64,000 nt of DNA from Heterodontus francisci. Its lineage: Eukaryota. This document shows, piece after piece, positions 61,700 through 64,000 of the stretch (position 1 is its first letter; each line of letters begins with the position of its first letter). The stretch spans positions 248,001 to 312,000 of the forward strand of contig NW_027141363.1 in the NCBI RefSeq assembly GCF_036365525.1, read 5' to 3'. Made by a program: the position numbers and the translations under genes. The notes under the pieces were generated by a model. It saw only the letters and a list, made by a program, of their open reading frames with translations, was not told the DNA's origin and searched no databases.

Positions 61700-62400
61700 G
61701 GTCTCTCTATCTCACCAGTTCTCTGTCTCGATACGTCCCCTGCCTTTTCTCTATGCCCTACTTCTTTCTCTCCTTTTCTATTCCCCACTATCATTCTCCC
61801 TCTCTCTTTCTATTTTTCTCTCCCTGCATCATTCATTTATCCCTTCTTTCTCTCTGTATCTCTTATACAGCCATTCCCCTACCTCTTTTCCTTTCTATCT
61901 CATTCCTTCCTCTTTCTGTGCGCTGCCTGCTTAATTCCCCATCACTCACCATGTTTCTCTCTCTCTCTCCCCTCCCCCTCTCTCTCTATCACCTCGCTTA
62001 CCGTTTTCCAAGTTGCTGACTCCTCAGTATTTTTCATTGTCTGCCTTTTTGTCTCTCTGTAACTCTTTCACTCTCTCTCACTGCCTGTCTTTCTCTCCAT
62101 ATTCTATCCTGTCTGTCTATTTGCCTCTNNNNNNNNNNNNNNNNNNNNNNNNNNNNNNNNNNNNNNNNNNNNNNNNNNNNNNNNNNNNNNNNNNNNNNNN
62201 NNNNNNNNNNNNNNNNNNNNNNNNNNNNNNNNNNNNNNNNNNNNNNNNNNNNNNNNNNNNCCCCCTCTGTTTGTTTATCTCTCTCTCTCGCTCCCTTGCC
62301 CCCTCTACCCCTCACCCTCTCTCTCTCTTTGTCTCTCTCCGCAGCTCTCCCTAGCTCTTTCTCTCACACACACAATCTGGTGTCGAATCACATCCCTTCC
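61700..62400. repeat. CT-rich low-complexity tract containing an assembly gap (62129-62260)
   Basis: Polypyrimidine/(CT)n sequence with an N run. Confidence 0.85.
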
Positions 62401-62639
62401 CCTTTTTTCCCAGTACTTGCTCACTCCCCATTCCAATTCTCCATATAAAAAAAAAACCCTAAATGCAAAAATGTCAGCAGTAACACTGGAAAATATCAAT
62501 GAGACAGAGCAGAGTCGGCCAAACGTTCACTGAAATCTTACATACTGTATGGGGGTAAACATTTTGCTTGTTAAAGCGATTGTCTGTTGAGTGAATGGGA
62601 GCGATAATGTGCTTTGACTTTAAAATTCGGTTGCAGTGT

Positions 62640-63000
62640 CATTTCCTCCAGAAAATATTAACTCAAAACAAGATTGGAGCTTGAAAATAACATTGTGCAG
62701 CTGCACGGAAAGATATCAAACGGAGGCCGTGGGATGTGAACTTTCGAATGGTGCAGCTCAGCTTTCTGCATGCAGGCGCGCTGCACGGTTTGTAAAGTAG
62801 GTCATTGCGCCCGAGTTTCACCCTGTGGTTTAACGGAAAGTGCCACCTGTTATTGTTGCTGTGCTCTCCGCTCAGAGGCTGGCAGATTGAGCCCATGTTT
62901 GTCTCATTTCCTCCTGGGTGAGACGCTGTCTCTGGGCCCCGTGCACCAGCCCCCTCCATGCAGAGGAAATGTGGCTGCTGGGTCAGTGCAGCAAAGTCTG
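62640..63000. promoter_or_regulatory. Candidate TCR beta 3' enhancer (E-beta-like)
   Basis: Unique island between low-complexity tracts, with RUNX TGTGGTT 62824, ETS-RUNX-like AGGAAATGTGGC 62964, E-boxes CAGCTG 62698 and CACCTG 62844, and several GGAA cores. Confidence 0.5.
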
Positions 63001-63019
63001 TGATGCCTACTGCAGTTGA

Positions 63020-64000
63020 ATTTCCTTCTTCAGCATTTTTATTTCATTCATTTAATTATGCTTTCATTCTTCAGTTCCTAATTTGAATTATTTTTCTTTC
63101 TCCAATCATTTTTTTTCATTTCTTTAATTCTTTCCTTCTATCAATTGTTTTTATTTCATCCAATCAAACTTTCTATCATTGTGTCGACCAATTTTCTATC
63201 TTTTTTCATTCTTTCAATCCACTCCTCTCCTTCATTGTTTATTTTCTTTCTCCCTCTTTGTTTTTCTTTCTTCTTCTGATTTCTTCGATCCATTTTCTTT
63301 CCTTTCTCTTTTTCTTTCTCGACTTTCTCATTCCTTCCCACCCCCTTTTTCCTAAACTCTTCTCCTTCCTTGGATTTCTCTTGCAGTTCTTCTCTCTCTT
63401 CTCGTCACGTTCTTTCAATCTCTTTTTTCCCACTTTTTCACCCAAACAAACTTTTTTTTTCCAGCCCTCTGTCCTTCATCCATCCATTCTTTCTCACTGG
63501 AGCTCAGGATGATGGAATTGGATGAAATGTTGATCTCTGCTGCCACCTGCTGTCTGTGATCTTATATGCAGGTCCTGTCAATGAGAGTCCAATGTCAATC
63601 TGGTGGACAGAAAAATAGATAGATAGATGGATAGATAGACAAGGATTGACTGAAAGGTAGAAAGGGATTGATAGATAGATATAAATATAGAAAGCTATTG
63701 ATAGATATAAAGAGAGTTGTATGGAGACATCAATTGATAAAGTGGTAGATAGATAGATACTAATAGAGAGATAGAGAGTTGGATAGAATGATCGATCTCT
63801 AGAGACATATATAGGCGTATCATATCAGATCATATAGACATATATAGACATATAAGAGATATGTATGGATAGAGAGATCAATAGATAGAGGCATCAATAG
63901 ATAGAGAGGGAGATACAGGGAGAGAGATGGAGATGAAGAGATAGATGGATATAAAGAAATAGATGGATAGGGAGAACAATAGCTAGACAGAGTGATGGGT
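63020..64000. repeat. T/C-rich low-complexity tract followed by (GATA/GA)n-like simple repeat
   Basis: Base composition and recurrent ATAG/GATA units. Confidence 0.8.

Noticed and set aside
59200-64000. Inverted V downstream of C (TRBV30-like) or a second C gene
   Set aside because: No V, RSS or C motifs seen within the window; one could lie further 3'.

Overview
This window is the 3' part of a cartilaginous-fish (shark) T-cell receptor beta (TRB) locus on the + strand. The taxon is inferred from the segment sequences and from CR1/V-SINE/Deu-SINE repeats; the C exon resembles horned-shark TCR-beta from memory, which I have not verified. Order: 7 V segments of 3 families, each with a 23-RSS (two look disabled), plus one orphan leader exon; a 9 kb V-D spacer with CTCF-like motifs and two minisatellites; D1 with 10 J (7 intact, 3 defective); D2 with 18 J (13 canonical, 2 non-canonical, 3 relics); one 4-exon C gene; a candidate 3' enhancer. 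Main points of interest: a V-(D-J)x2-single-C architecture from a D-J duplication that excluded C; two different D cores (GGGACAAC and GGGACAGGG); a splice-donor-less last J that reads in frame through a 93-nt intron into C, in an ATG-initiated ORF; an AP-1-like site on the D-proximal V RSSs rather than the D RSSs; candidate CTCF boundary and E-beta elements. Most ORFs in the supplied track are spurious or retroelement fragments. Segment names (D1, J1-1 etc.) are local positional labels.
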